A DNA stretch of 62,446 nucleotides, counting the filler, from Choristocarpus tenellus KU-1152 (taxonomy: Eukaryota; Protista; Phaeophyceae), in NCBI GenBank assembly GCA_964200185.2. It is 9 parts of 9 records of this genome, joined end to end, with 100 filler letters (N's around TTAATTAATTAA, not from the genome) between each part and the next. Parts side by side here need not be neighbours in the genome. Positions count along the whole stretch, not along the records: positions 29,722 to 35,636 come from CAXNAD020009429.1; positions 35,737 to 43,527 come from CAXNAD020005575.1; positions 43,628 to 46,508 come from CAXNAD020023963.1; positions 46,609 to 53,269 come from CAXNAD020007622.1; 5 more parts are not named here. The stretch is one strand, 5' to 3'. The notes below the pieces were generated by a model. It saw nothing but the letters and a program-made list of their open reading frames with translations. It made no database searches and was not told the origin of the DNA. Numbering within the stretch: position 1 is the stretch's first letter; the number at the start of each line of letters is the position of its first letter. Shown here piece by piece: positions 35,251-48,603 of this stretch. Position numbers and translations under genes: made by a program.

Positions 35251-35736
35251 TATTTCAAACAGTGTTCATAGAATAATAATAAACAAAAAACAGTACTATT
35301 ACATCGACCAATCATCACTGAGCATCATCTCAACTTTGTCCTTCTATCACAGAAGCTTAGGGTATCCATCAATAGATGGGAAAAGCTCCTGCACAAAGGA
35401 TAACCAACCCCCCAACAATCCAAATCCAGCACAAAAAAGCATGTCTATGAGGGCGAATACCACACCCAGAAAATAGAACAAAGACCTCAATATCACCCCA
35501 AGTTCTGTAGCGTACAAGTTGAACTGACTGAGTCCCACCACGGTCTCAATATCAGGGGGGAGGGGGGGGCTTGAACAATGTAAAAACGCAAAAAAAAAAA
35601 ATGAACGGGGCCCCCTACTCAGTCACAAAATATTCCNNNNNNNNNNNNNNNNNNNNNNNNNNNNNNNNNNNNNNNNNNNNTTAATTAATTAANNNNNNNN
35701 NNNNNNNNNNNNNNNNNNNNNNNNNNNNNNNNNNNN

Positions 35737-36330
35737 GCAAAATGTTGACACCAGACATACCCATACCTGCCCCCGGGCAGGAGGACAAGTTCGACAGCAC
35801 ACCCTCATGGTGAAATGCCTAAGCCAACTATGCAAGGGAATGGGCATCCCTTACACTACTGTGAGGACGGGAGCCCCTTCCCGGTCGACAGAAATCTCCG
35901 CATGGATTTAGTTTTCCATGCAGGGGCACTGGCAGACGCTGTAACAGCTCCCTACCAGGACAAAGGCCTTCTGCTTGATGTTACATTTGTAGAAGTGCAG
36001 GCAACCTCCCATCTTGCACACTCATCCACCAGGAATGGTGTAGCTGCTGCTGCAGCTGAGGTACAAAAGCGCACCTACTATGAGGACTCTTTTGATCCTT
36101 GTAGTTACAACCTCAACTCCTTCACAGTGGAGAGTTTTGGGTGCCTTGGCAAGCAAGCGGAATGGTTCCTGGATGAGCTGGCTACACACATGGTGGGGGG
36201 AAGAGGGACCGGAGGATATAGCAGGAAAGGAGCAGTTAAATCCCAGTTACGCCAAATTGAATCAGTAACTACGGGAGTGGCACTGTCTAGACGTGTCATG
36301 CTTTCAAAGCTGGAGTCACCAGGGAGATAG
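35737..36330 (+). mobile_element. 3' fragment of a CRE-clade (RLE-type) non-LTR retrotransposon: part of the CCHC zinc finger plus restriction-like endonuclease
   Basis: HTHTCPRAGGQVRQH, a frameshift at ~35860, then RMDLV...LLDVT...AAEVQKRTYY...FTVESFGCLG...FLDELA...SVTTGVALSRRV (PD..D-type RLE layout). Confidence 0.8.
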
Positions 36331-38099
36331 GCACAGAGGGGTTCGTTGGATTCTTGGGATGCCTCCCTACCTCCTCACCCTGAGGCACAGGAAGTGGTTT
36401 AACATAGACACTAGTGAAGTAACAGATAGATTAATGTTTTTCACATTTGTGACATTTTATTTCTGTAGGGCTTATACTGGCATATGAATAGTTCTCATTG
36501 GTTTACCCCCTGACACATCTGCAAAATGAGGGAACAATAAAATATTGAAAATTCAGGGGGTATGTTCTTATCATCTACCACTGAGTGCCGATTTCCTCCC
36601 AAAAGTGTGCTAGTCAGGCATATGTAACCCATCGGATAAATCCCACTCTTGGGTGTTTCTCAATATGGGGCACTTCTTTTCAGGTACTTAAAAACAGTTA
36701 CCAGTTGTAAATAGGTAAAAATGACAAGACTTGAGACTCTGAAAGCAATGACTCAGACTTGAATAGTCTATTTTGGGGGATAATTACCAATTTGTCCTCT
36801 TGCAACTGATGGTTAGCAGCATAAACCTCTGAAGAGACATGGGGATAGATAGAAGGAGCACATTCCATGGGTAGGATGTAGTGGTGTGGGAGGATATGTA
36901 GGATGTATGCACCAAACGGTAACAAAATAAAGATCTAAGAGCAAAAATCGAGTACAAGCTAGGAGTAGGCAAAAATCCTGCATCAATGGGAGCTTCTTTG
37001 TACACCAATAAACCTGAAGAAGACACTTAAACACATTTTCTTGCATTCAGCAAATTCTTCCAAAGACACCTTGTGCAATAAGAATGAATAGCAAGGATGA
37101 CCAGGAGCACAATATCTCAGTGATATGCTGTTGTTACTAAGGAGTGCAAGGTTCTTGTCAGTCTACAGATATACACCTTGGCAGTATCTTAGAGTGCATG
37201 TTCTGAATTATTTGAGTTGCACCTTCAAAAGCGTTTTGTTTTTTCAAGTTCCAGAACACAATAGTTTTTTCGACTAGAAATGGATTCACTGGACATATGA
37301 CTGATCACATTCAATTGGATCCAGTCATATTATAGTACATCCGACCAATCATCGAGAGGTGAGGGCACTCTCTACCACGTGAAGTGGAACAAGCATGGTT
37401 GTCTCCCATTGTGTCTTTCATGTTCCCTGTATACACAATCCACTATGCAGAAAGGAACACATTTGCTCTTCACCTGAACCTCCATTATATCCCCATGAAA
37501 ATACCTATCATTCATTAAAGATAGTGTGAATGTGGCGTCTACTACAAGGTGGTTCAATATTCGGTTAAGCTCTCGCCAGTTAATTGAGATGAATAGCACA
37601 CAGTGAACATCAGGTGAGCAACATACCAGCACGAAAATAGAATTCTTGAGTGATGAGGGGCCCCACCACAGGTAAACAAATTTGACATTAACATCACAAA
37701 TGGTGCAAATAGGAACTCTCGGAGGTGCTTATGTGAACAGAATAGCCGAATATTCAGTCTAAAAATATTTGGTTGTCACTTAATCATGATAAATTGGATG
37801 CGGCCGATTGTAACCTGCACAGGTTCACAACTCTAGGTATATCAGATACTTACCCCTTCAATTTCTACTTAAAAAGTTCAGAACACATACCATGATCTGT
37901 CAAAATCGATGCCCATCAGCACCTGTACATCATGTTTTCTGACCTACACCCTACAACCCAACCAAAACATATATGCACATAGCTTGCAGCAAGCAAAACA
38001 AAGCACACATACCAACAAAAATTACAGGCTGAACACACCGTTTTCAATCTGCAGCAGCACAGTACAACAGTACAATTCCACAACCTTGTGAACACATCT

Positions 38100-41000
38100 T
38101 CAGCGTGCTCTAAAATGTGACTGTACAAGTAACGCTGCAGCTCCTACTGCTGCAGCCCCCATCAGGATACTGCCTTTTGTTCCCCACGGTGTATCAGACA
38201 ATGCTTCCTTCGGACACCTAAGGTGATCTATTCCATAAAAGGACCTGTGAGTTAGAGCATGGGGAGACAGTGCATGGAATAAACAACTCAAAGCCTCTTT
38301 GATATGACACAAGTCAGGTGGAGTGCTCAAATCAAATTCCGAGTGGATACTTACCTTACACAGGTCACTTTTCCTCATTTCACACCGAAGGACAAGACTT
38401 ACAAATAAGTCAGCAATACAGTACACACTTTGGGCATAGCGCAACACTTTACAACACAACAAAAAAACCTCAAGCACTAGAAATCGTACTTCCAGTTGAA
38501 GTCCAATTGAGGGTATGGTTCACACTATAGTTTCTCATCCCACACCATGCGCTTCCAAGATACACCCATCTAAGAACAAAACTCGAGGCATCCTCGCCCC
38601 CCTTTCCCATTTCACCAACAAAACACCACGCATCAGACTCACACTGCCTCCAGGGCAAGGACTCCTGTCTGCCCGTGTCTCGCAGAAAGCACAGCAGCCT
38701 GAATCCGCTTTGCTCCCTCTCTCAGGTCCGGCTCATAAAGGGCCCTCCACACCGCTTCTCGTAGGGCCTCCGCTGTGACATTCGGTTGGCCCCCTAGAAC
38801 CCCACACAACCAATCCCACAAGCCGCTACCGATCCCTTCTCCTTGCCGTGAGGGCATTGCTGCAAACCCCGCCTTAACAGCCGCTCTGGCATTTACTGGC
38901 TGGTCAGCTGAGAGTAGAAATGGTAGTGGTACTATAGGTACTCCATTAGAGGCACATTCCCAAAGACCGCCCATACCACAGTGTGTTATGGCAGCACGAA
39001 TGTTGGGGTGGGCCAGTGTTGCTGCCTGAGGGAGCCACGCACGCACAAAGAATCGATCGCTAGAACGCGCAGCTAGGCAGGGGAACAGGCGGGAGGGGAC
39101 ACCGAGGTGAGTAAGGAGGGTGGGAAAGGTTGTGAGTCTTCGTGATCTGTGGGACGTGGGAAGGAATAGTTAGTTACTACGACATAGGAGAGTACGCGGA
39201 ATTTGTCCCACATTAACAGCACACTCGAATAAGATTCTCCTGCTCTATGCAGGTGGCGTTAGAAAAAACACTTTGTTCTCAAGGTGTGATATGCATTTAT
39301 TTACCCCCCTCTGCCTCATCCCCTCCTTCTATGGAGATTATGGACACGCATGGAGGTGTGCAGAAGCTATGTTGCTCCAAGAATCCCACCTTCTGGGAGG
39401 TAGCCTTGTTGCACGATCTTGCATGTCCACACAACAGCCCAGCCCCCAGCCAACAGGGCATGTGCAACCGCTACTACCTGCTCCTTTGACGGAGGCACTC
39501 GGCTGCCAAAGGTCACAAGGACAATATCGTTGTTCTTGTCTAGGAAGGCCTGTAGTAGTGGATTCAGATAGGGTTGAGAGGGACAACAAGGGTGCACAAA
39601 AGGTTGTAGAGACACGAAGAAGAAACTTCGACACTGTTACCCTTTTTTCCACCAAAAAAGTACATAAGAAAAGTCATGCAAATAATCTATCTACTGAGCA
39701 GAGCCCAAAAACAGACTTCTCTTTAACAGTATCAGGGTCATGGTCGTGACTGACTGGGGAACATAGCCAGTGGTGCTAAAAAACTGAGATAACCTAGGTT
39801 TCATTCTTCCACACCCACACCCACCCCTACCTCCCCCTTCCCTTCCTCCCAACACGCACCTTGAGCTCTGGGTCCCCCTGGAGCCCTTCTACAGTCTCCA
39901 GTTTACCTCCACGCCCAATCAACTTCACAAGGGGGGGTAAAGGCCGAGGAACATCCAGCCCGAAGCTGGAGGCAACCAGGACAAGCCCTCCCTCGAGGTG
40001 GTCTTGAACCCCAGTCAGTAGAGCCCTGGGTGGTCCATGGGGGTGGGCCCACTTCGGCACCCATTTGGAACCTCGAAGTGTGTGCCACAAAATTCGCAAT
40101 GCAACTGCTGAGGATGAGGGGACAATTAGTCCGGTCTCTTCTAGAATGTGTAGGGGCCAGGTGACGTGGCCTACATGGGGTATGGAGAGCTCCTTTGCTG
40201 CGAAACTCCCTGCCCAGGTGAGGTGGTCACTGACCTGGGTATACAAGTTATATAGTGTAGGTTTGAGGTGGAGGGGGAGGCGTGTATACAAGAAAGGTGC
40301 TCCTCACCGGTGGAACGTTTTTTCCTTGTGGATACCTCATCACACCACTTGTGACATTTCATTCCCATTAACCTCCAATATATGCTCTTCAAGTAATAGT
40401 TATTCAACTGTAAATAGATACTCTCACACCCAAACAGCCGACAAAGACTCAGCATCTACTCTTAACCTGTAGCGCTATGTATGTACTAAAGGAATAGTGA
40501 CGATTTCTGTCACATCCAAGTGCTCTAGTCAGTGTCGAAGTTTTTTTTTTTTCTTGTCTAGCAATATGAAGTCACCCGAGTACTGCAACACGTAATGAGT
40601 ACATTAAGTTAGGAGTATGGAAGCGCAAGCATTGATCCTAAAAGTCAGGAACACACACCCACCTATAGGCCATACCTTCACTAATACAGGAACGACCTCT
40701 GGTTAATGCCAAAGGTGGGGTTTGCCACCCGCTTGATTGTATCTGTGAGGGTGATGAAGTGCATAGGAGAGACCCCCTGTCTTCAGGAGCCCCCACTGTC
40801 ACACATTTTTTTTCACTTCTTCACAAAAATAGAATCAAACCCTAACCCTAACCCTAACCTGTTCGTGAAAAATAACCCTATGTGGAAAAAGTACGACAGT
40901 GGGGGCTCCTGAAGACAACAGGGGGTCTTCCCTGTACACTGCAGTGACACTCTTTTGCTGAGTGTGTGTGTGAAGAGTCTTCAAAGAGGAGTCTCTTATG

Positions 41001-42682
41001 ACCGGTGAAGGACAATTTGCGACAGAGCCCGCAAAATAGAGCCCACAAAATAGCTCAAACCTCAGAAAAAGATGTATCCATAGATATGAAATTAAAGCTA
41101 CAGAATTGCTAAGCGTATCACCTGGAAGCCTCGTGTAGTTATGGCCGCACAATAGAGTATACTTCCAGAACTTTACCAAAGAGTGTGCCACAGAGTGTGA
41201 TGCAGCTTCCATATTCACTCACACGTAGTTAAGTCTCTATTCAAAGTCAAGATTACTTGCCATGTATCACTACATGCTGCACAGCATCACACAGAATCTC
41301 AAAGAACAGTCAAAATGTAACATACACCGAGGTTGTGCTGCTCACAGCTGAAGGAGAGACCTTCGACTACTAAAATACACTGAGCAATTTCTTGTTTTGT
41401 GAATACCGGAGAATAGACCGGGCAGGGCACGAGTGGCTGTTTCGGGTTTATCGTGAACACATATTTAAGTATTAGCTGATTGTTTACCCCAACCAATACA
41501 TTCCAGAGTATATAAACAGGATGTGCATGCTTACCTTGACCCAATAGAAAAATATAATGAATTTGCATGTGCCTAGCTTGTTTAGGTATACCAAATCGTG
41601 GTAAGTGCCTTAACACTCCAGTATCTTACTTTCAACGACTCACACACTACGGTACCCTTCACGTAGTTCTCCATGCATCATTTATCTATTAAAAACAGAG
41701 CAACTCAATCGATGTCAATACCCTCGAATTTAAAGTTATAGACCGTGTTCAAAACTGGTTCATGTGGACTATGAACATGAACGTCTTGAGCTGTTCGATA
41801 CTAACATCAATTTATCTGACCCTCACCCCTGTCGTTCTCGCCTCTATAGAGAAATCTGAGTTTTTTTTATGGAATCTCATGCGCAAGGCGATCCTTGTGA
41901 GCTTTACAGGAAGGTTTTTCTGTCGAAAATAGCAAAGAGTTCAGCAGTCACAATGATTCCAGAGTCAGCCATGCAAAGTAACAACAGAGTCTTCTTTGGC
42001 ACGCTGTCTCACCAAGACATCCAGGCGGTGCTCCATGCGTTGGATAGCGTCGACAAGAACGTATTTCATGCAGTCCCGAGCATACCAAACAGGGTGTGTT
42101 TTCACATGCGCAGGCTGGGGAAAGGGGTGGGGTTTGAGTTTGGGTCTGGATGTTAACTTGTAACTAGAACTGCCTTCTGGTGTGGCAGTACTCCAAACAT
42201 GATCTTCCTACAATGTTCCATCCTTCAAGCATGGGTTCGACGAATCCTTACCTTGCCGAGGAAAAAGTCATCGCTTTCTGGTTGAAGACCATCCTCAAGT
42301 CCGATGAAAACCACACGAGGGTTTCTGCAAATTTCTTTACAGTACTTTATCATTGTGAGAGAAGTGAAGAATGAGACCTGTCCAAGTGTGATGGGATGTA
42401 GATGGTCATCGCACCTTCTTTGTTTTGCTGTGCGTGCAAGAAACCTCATTCCACAAGATCAAGAGGTGAATCGGCAAAGAATCGAAAGGCATACCATACC
42501 TCATGCCCAGCTTCAACCAACTGTTCCCCAAACAAAATAAGCGGCTTGGCGTGACCATAGCAGGGGATCGAGCATAGCCCAATTTTGAGTTTTTGGTGAG
42601 GCATCCCTCCATTGTAAGACTTTATCCTAGTACTTGTACTTCTGGGTTTGACTTTGGTAACTTTGGTGGCTTTGGTGAACAT
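38100..42682 (-). CDS. UDP-glycosyltransferase (GT1 family) with C-terminal hydrophobic anchor
   Basis: Exons 42682-42500 (IPCYGHAKPLILFGEQLVEAGHE), 42377-42252, unresolved middle exon(s) ~41220-40670, 40234-39860 (VSDHLTWAGSFAAKELSIPHV...PRPLPPLVKLIG), 39549-39390 (IVLVTFGS), 39072-38643 (signature WLPQAATLAHPNIRAAITHCGMGGLWECASNGVPIVPLPFLLSADQPVNA), 38244-38100 (YGIDHLR...ILMGAAAVGAAALLV, TGA). Confidence 0.92.
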
Positions 42683-43205
42683 CGTTTCTCGAGTAGTGAA
42701 CAACTCGGAGTTTTGAGTCGTCTAAATCCATAAAATCTCAAATGAGACTTAGAACAAAAGGGAGAAATCTGATTGGACTGGAAGAGGAGTTGTATAATAG
42801 CGTGTCGTTTCGCATGATTGAAAAAAAATTGTTAGAAATTATCGATGTGGGAGAGGAAAGAGTTGTTGTCGGACAGAACACGGCGTGTGTCCGTTGATCA
42901 CCTAGCCTTGCACTCTCCCATTGTGTACTGCATGTGATGCTAGTATTTGCCTCTGTAATATAAAACCTTAGTGTGACCTGCGTTGGATTGCCACTCACGA
43001 AGAGAGTCTCTTCTTCGCGACTCACAACATTTGTAGTAGTACCCAAGTTGGTCTTTGCCCAAGTGTTGCCTGCGTTAGGTCTGGGTTGAAGGTGGTTAGC
43101 GGTTTGAAATAAGTTTTGGTATAATTGTTTGACACCCTAGTGCATCCCACTAGTGGTGAGGAGGCCTAAGTAGCCCCTGTCGACGCGATCAACAAGTCAG
43201 TCAGT

Positions 43206-43527
43206 ATGGCGATGGAGGAGCTCATCCCCATAGTGAACAAGTTGCAGGACGTCTTCAACGCAATTGGGGAGAATCCAGTTGGGCTTCCTCAGATTGTCGT
43301 CATTGGAAGTCAGAGTAGTGGAAAGAGCAGCGTGCTGGAGAATATTGTTGGTCGAGACTTCCTCCCACGAGGAACGGGCATCGTGACTCGACGCCCTTTA
43401 GTGCTACAACTCCTCACATGTACAGGATCAGTGGGAGGCAAGCGTGATGGATTTGGTGGGGGGGGGGTGCGTTGGAGGATGGAGGAGGGGGATTTATAAG
43501 CCCAAGCGTGGGCCCCAAATCGAATGG
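43206..43527 (+). CDS. Dynamin-related GTPase (DRP1/Vps1-like), N-terminal exon, truncated by the contig end
   Basis: [15 protein letters not shown]...[43 protein letters not shown] (G1 and G2 motifs). The stop at 43499 probably reflects a poly-G length error or an intron. Confidence 0.95.
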
Positions 43528-45033
43528 NNNNNNNNNNNNNNNNNNNNNNNNNNNNNNNNNNNNNNNNNNNNTTAATTAATTAANNNNNNNNNNNNNNNNN
43601 NNNNNNNNNNNNNNNNNNNNNNNNNNNATCACAACATTGTATTTTGATCCCCAAATGGACGCGACTCTACCCTCTAAGATACTTTGGCTTGTGAGTAATG
43701 AAATAAAAGAGCCGATCCTAACCAGAAATTCGTCAAGGATTCCAAATCTTCTTTCAGAAATGAATTTCATCAACATCTTAGAAAGTTATGGACAATGTCG
43801 TGCAGACTTATGGCACGGAGGTAGTAAGAGAATAGAATGAGGTCGCCCATATCTCTCCAAAACATTACTTCTAAATTTGCATGGAAAACATGCATATTAT
43901 GAATTGTATCTGGTAAGATACGTACTTGAGGCGAAATTCAACCTACGGTGTTGGCACTAGGCCCATAGCATCCTAGAGGGGATATCAGGCGTTCATTTGG
44001 GGCCTGTGTGAACCTGTAATGATTTTCATGTCATCTGTGTGAAACTTTCCTTAGTTAGTCGGTGATATGGAATAATGACTGTTGCTTTGCAAGAACCTTG
44101 TTTTAAAAGGGCATTTTGATGTACCTTGCACTATCAGTTTTCCGGAATAGTTTTTTTACATGGAAGAGAACTGTCAGAAGCTTACACATCGTACCCCAAC
44201 CGTCCTGCTCTCAAGCTTCAGCCTAACCATCCCTCCTTGCCCACGTATATCGGATGTAATTGTCTGTAAGCACTTGCTTGATATATGATCATTCGGTTTA
44301 AGAGAAAAGCGCCCTTATATAAAATTGGAGAGGATCAAGAGGATATAAGAGAGTATTTTCTGGTTCCCCCTACCTTCTCTTATATGAATACACCCACTCT
44401 AGTTGTAAGAAGGCCCCTGTTATTTTCAAACGTAAGAGTGTATGTTAACAAGTCGTATTACTTTTTATTAGTATGCCCTCTGACATTTATTGTTGAGGGC
44501 AATACATTTCCATATCATACTTGATCAGGGACTTAGGGATTGGGTTCTGGGTATGAAACAAGGAGTTACATTGTGATACAAGTTGTTCCATGTTTGTGTT
44601 TGTTGTTGTCACTTGAATTTTTGGGTTTTTGCAAGTAATTGCTTACTGTCCCCGAACGACAACGGATCGACGCCCCTGCTGTATGTGCGTCCCATGTGCC
44701 CTCAAGAGTAGTTACATGTAGATATGTATTGAACATCGCCCTTGGTGAGCCCATTTTAATGAAGCTGTGGTTGAGCAGCAAGCACCACATCTACGCCACC
44801 TCTGCACAGTACACCAGTGTCATATCTATACAGCACTGTAACTTTGGTAAATTACACTCAGTACGATGTATTCGCTCGTATGTATAGTGCACCTTCCCAA
44901 GAAAAGCATCCGCAAGCCGTTGACAACTGGACAGATGACTCGCAGTTCAAATCAAATCAACGTTCAAAGTCAATGTCCGTCCGATCCCCTACCCTACGTA
45001 TTCAATTGCACTCTACAAGGATATTGTACAGTA

Positions 45034-46188
45034 CAGTATCAACACGCCACCCCAGATCAAATGTAGCTGAAACAACTTATTCGTTAAAAAAATCGCGACT
45101 GCCAAAAAAATCGCGAATGTCTGCCTGTTTGACTGCCCTTGCCCTGATTGCGCTGAGCCAAGTCAGCTTTGCTTTCGGGAGAAACATCGTTCATGCTACA
45201 CTCTTCGATGGTTGTTTCTAAGCTTGCATACTCCTCAGGAAGTTAAGAGTGCGGCGGTGGAGGAATCGAGAACACTGAAGAGGCTGCTCCTTTCCTTGGG
45301 GACACCGATGCACTGCCCCCTCCCATAAACCCATCGTCATCCTCGTCAACCATACTTTCATCGTCCAACTGGTACAAGAATTCCTCGAGCAGTTGGTCGT
45401 TCATATCCTCTACTATCGCATTGGTCACTTCATCGTTGTCTTCCACACAGATCCAAGCTCTCGCCCCATCGATAGAAGCCTGAGATGGTTTTCGACCGGG
45501 TTTGAGGTGCAGAGCATAAAGAGCATCGGAAAGATCCTCAATAATACATAGGGACACATTTTACGAGCAAATGGCAACCCGTGATACTATAAGCATACAC
45601 AGTACAGACATTACTGTACGACAGAAACGCGCGCACAATTTCAAAAAATTCAATCATGATCCTCATCAGCAGAGACAGCCCAGAAAGACAATCCAAACAT
45701 GATGGTTGTTGCCTCCTTCAACTTGTAGAGGGTGCTGTCACCGACTCCAAACTTTTGAGCAACTGCAGTTCCTGTCATGGCCTTCAGGAGTGTCAACGCT
45801 TCCACCTTCTCTGCAAAGCTCAAGGGTCTACGATTGTCTGTACCGCGAAGCGTTTAGGATACAGCTTTCTCCGTAGATTTGTATGGCAGCACCTTCCCCT
45901 TGCCCTTGTTATCGTGCCGCTTCGACGCGTGTTGTCACTGCCTGGAAGACTCGAAGCCTTGCGCTTGGTGGGCCTCACGCACAATTTGCACATGCTCTTC
46001 ATTTCACTGACGCCAAAAGGATATACGACGCCGCAAATGCCATGAAGTCGTTGTAAATGCGACACTTACGGGATATGTAGTGTGGCAGACTAGGAATATT
46101 ACCCTTATTATGTTGCAGGTGGATGCCGCTGCGGAAGACATCATTATATCTGTACAGTGCGATCATCTAAACTTGATGTGATATACTG
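45034..46188 (-). mobile_element. Internally deleted pogo/Tigger-like DNA transposon remnant
   Basis: Minus strand ~45836-45713 reads RRPLSFAEKVEALTLLKAMTGTAVAQKFGVGDSTLYKLK (CENP-B/psq HTH). 45557-45243 is the acidic W..VED.DE C-terminal region; the DDE core is absent. Tentative TA|CAGTAT termini at 45034 and 46188 (imperfect). Confidence 0.65.
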
Positions 46189-47829
46189 TACACTACTGAG
46201 AGACAAAAGACTGCCATGCACTGTGCTGATTGTGTCAACCAGGTTCACGCCTTATATTGTTACACTTTGTTCAACGTTACACAAGACTTTTTGATAAACT
46301 CCTCAAACAAGAAGTAGTGTGTGTGATCGAGGAGTTTCTCAAAAAGCCTAGTTTGCACGATATAGTCGAGAGAAACGCCGAAATCTCTTATACCCTTGAA
46401 ATTGGTGACAAGGCCATTAATTTACCATCTCTTACATCCCATTTGCTCTTATATTAATGGTACTGTCAGAGACAGGTTCCTTTTTGGGATCTCCGACACA
46501 CACTGTATNNNNNNNNNNNNNNNNNNNNNNNNNNNNNNNNNNNNNNNNNNNNTTAATTAATTAANNNNNNNNNNNNNNNNNNNNNNNNNNNNNNNNNNNN
46601 NNNNNNNNGTGGCGTTTGTCCATTTGGGGTCAATTTTTTCATATCGCGATTTTTGGGTGATTTGGTTGCATACGTCGGATGGATACTGTAAATGCTCTTT
46701 CCCTGATTTTAGTCAAATGGACACCCTGGTGTAGACCCATCCCCCCCTCCCAGACAGATACTTTGGGTCTTTAGCTCCCAAGCACCAAGCAGTGTGAAGC
46801 AGAGATGTTGGCTCTCAAGAGATTATAATTTCATCTGTTCCTGCTCCAATTTCAAGACTTAGTAGGGACATGTTTCGTCATTCCTTAGTTGTAAATGTTA
46901 TGATACTGCCCAATCTATTTGAGAAGTTCATTGATTTAACATTGTTTTTTCACACATATCTGAATATCAGTATTTTGTCAAGGTTGATGCCCTACATGGT
47001 GTTAGGAATAAACAATCACTTTCTCTTTTCTCTAACTGATACTGGAGTGTTTTGTGATTTAGTTATATCTTGAGATCATTCTGATTTGTTATCTATAAAA
47101 TCATTCTGAGACATGGAAGATTTTGGTACATTTGTTTATGACCAATGTTCAAAAATACATTTTTTTTTATATTTGGTGGTTCAACTAGAAGATTGCTCTA
47201 GAATAGTGGATTAGTGCTAGCAGAATGTCATCAGTCCCATTGGCATTTGCCACCATTTTTATGGATTGATCTAACTTTGGGAACCAGGCAAAAGTGCTAT
47301 GAATTTAGAACGATTCCATGTTGCTTTTAGTGTGTGAACAAATAGTACAAACAGGGAGTGACAGTGTGTAGAATTATATTAAGAGTAGTTCTCAAATGGC
47401 TTTGGGTCAAGAGGGCGGATTGGACGACCCCAGTTCCTTTGCATGCAATATTTCAGGATAGGAACCGCAGGTATCTTGAGTGCAAAGGTCATTTCCTTGT
47501 TTCCCATTTAGTCTGATCTTATTGAACAAACATATTGTTTTTTTCTTGTTCTTGGTCAGACCAATTTAAACATCATTTCTCCTGCCGTAGTTTCATGTGA
47601 GAAGTTGGACTACGTTCATATTTTGACTCTAACTGGGAAAGTTCCTGTGTATTATGTACCCGCAAACACCTTCCTGACACTATTTTAGTTCCTGGTTTGG
47701 TATGGTGTACTAGTTCTGGTTGTGTTTAACCTCTTCCTGGTAGCTAGCTGAAGTGACGGGTCCAACACTTGTGTGACAATATTGAAGAATATGTTCTGAT
47801 CCCTGAAGTCCTTTTATCCTTTGTTGCAG

Positions 47830-48540
47830 ATGATGATGTTTCCACGACAGAGGATGATGTTGTTGCCAGGGTATTAGGAGACGATGACCAAGTAGAGACC
47901 AATGGGTCATCGGACATCATCATGATTGTAGCTATTGGTGGATCTGTTGTGCTGTTTCTAATAGCTATCGCAATGTATTGCATCTGGCTAAAGCCAAAAG
48001 GCCAAAATCCTCACCCCAGCAAGCTGGACAGGGGGGGTGCATCTTCCTTTCAAGAAGGGGCTGCAATATCAGGTGATTCTATGCGGCAGAGAAGGTGCTT
48101 CAAGTTTGCTTTGATCACATTTGGTGTAGTGGTGACATTTCTATGATAAGTTTTGATGATAGTCCTCTCCCCACTTGACTATTTGTTCGTCATCCCTTGC
48201 AGCCTATGGATGAAGTCGTACTGTCACAGGTGGTGACTGCTTTCATGGAATGTTGGTATGGCTATGCAGTTTCATGCTTGTTTGGTGTACAGGGCTCAAC
48301 TATAATGTTTTTTGTATGTGTGACGAACCGAATTTATTTTCTTTCGTGTTTACATGCTACTTGTTTTACCCACACCTAGAAGCTCATGAGGATAGTGGAG
48401 AAGTCAAGATTGGTACTCCACCTTCCTACAAGTATGCCTCAGGGGGCAAAGGTGGAACGAGTGGAGGGGGTAGTGTTGATGTTCGTCCCATGAGGTTTAA
48501 TGCTCCTCCTGATTACAAGGAGAGTGTTGCTCGGTCAGGT

Positions 48541-48603
<63 letters not shown>

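Noticed and set aside
11013-42682. ACLY + GFAT + UGT as an acetyl-CoA/hexosamine/glycosylation gene cluster
   Set aside because: The genes are on different contigs joined by artificial spacers, and the contig after ACLY has no ACLY exons, so adjacency is unproven.
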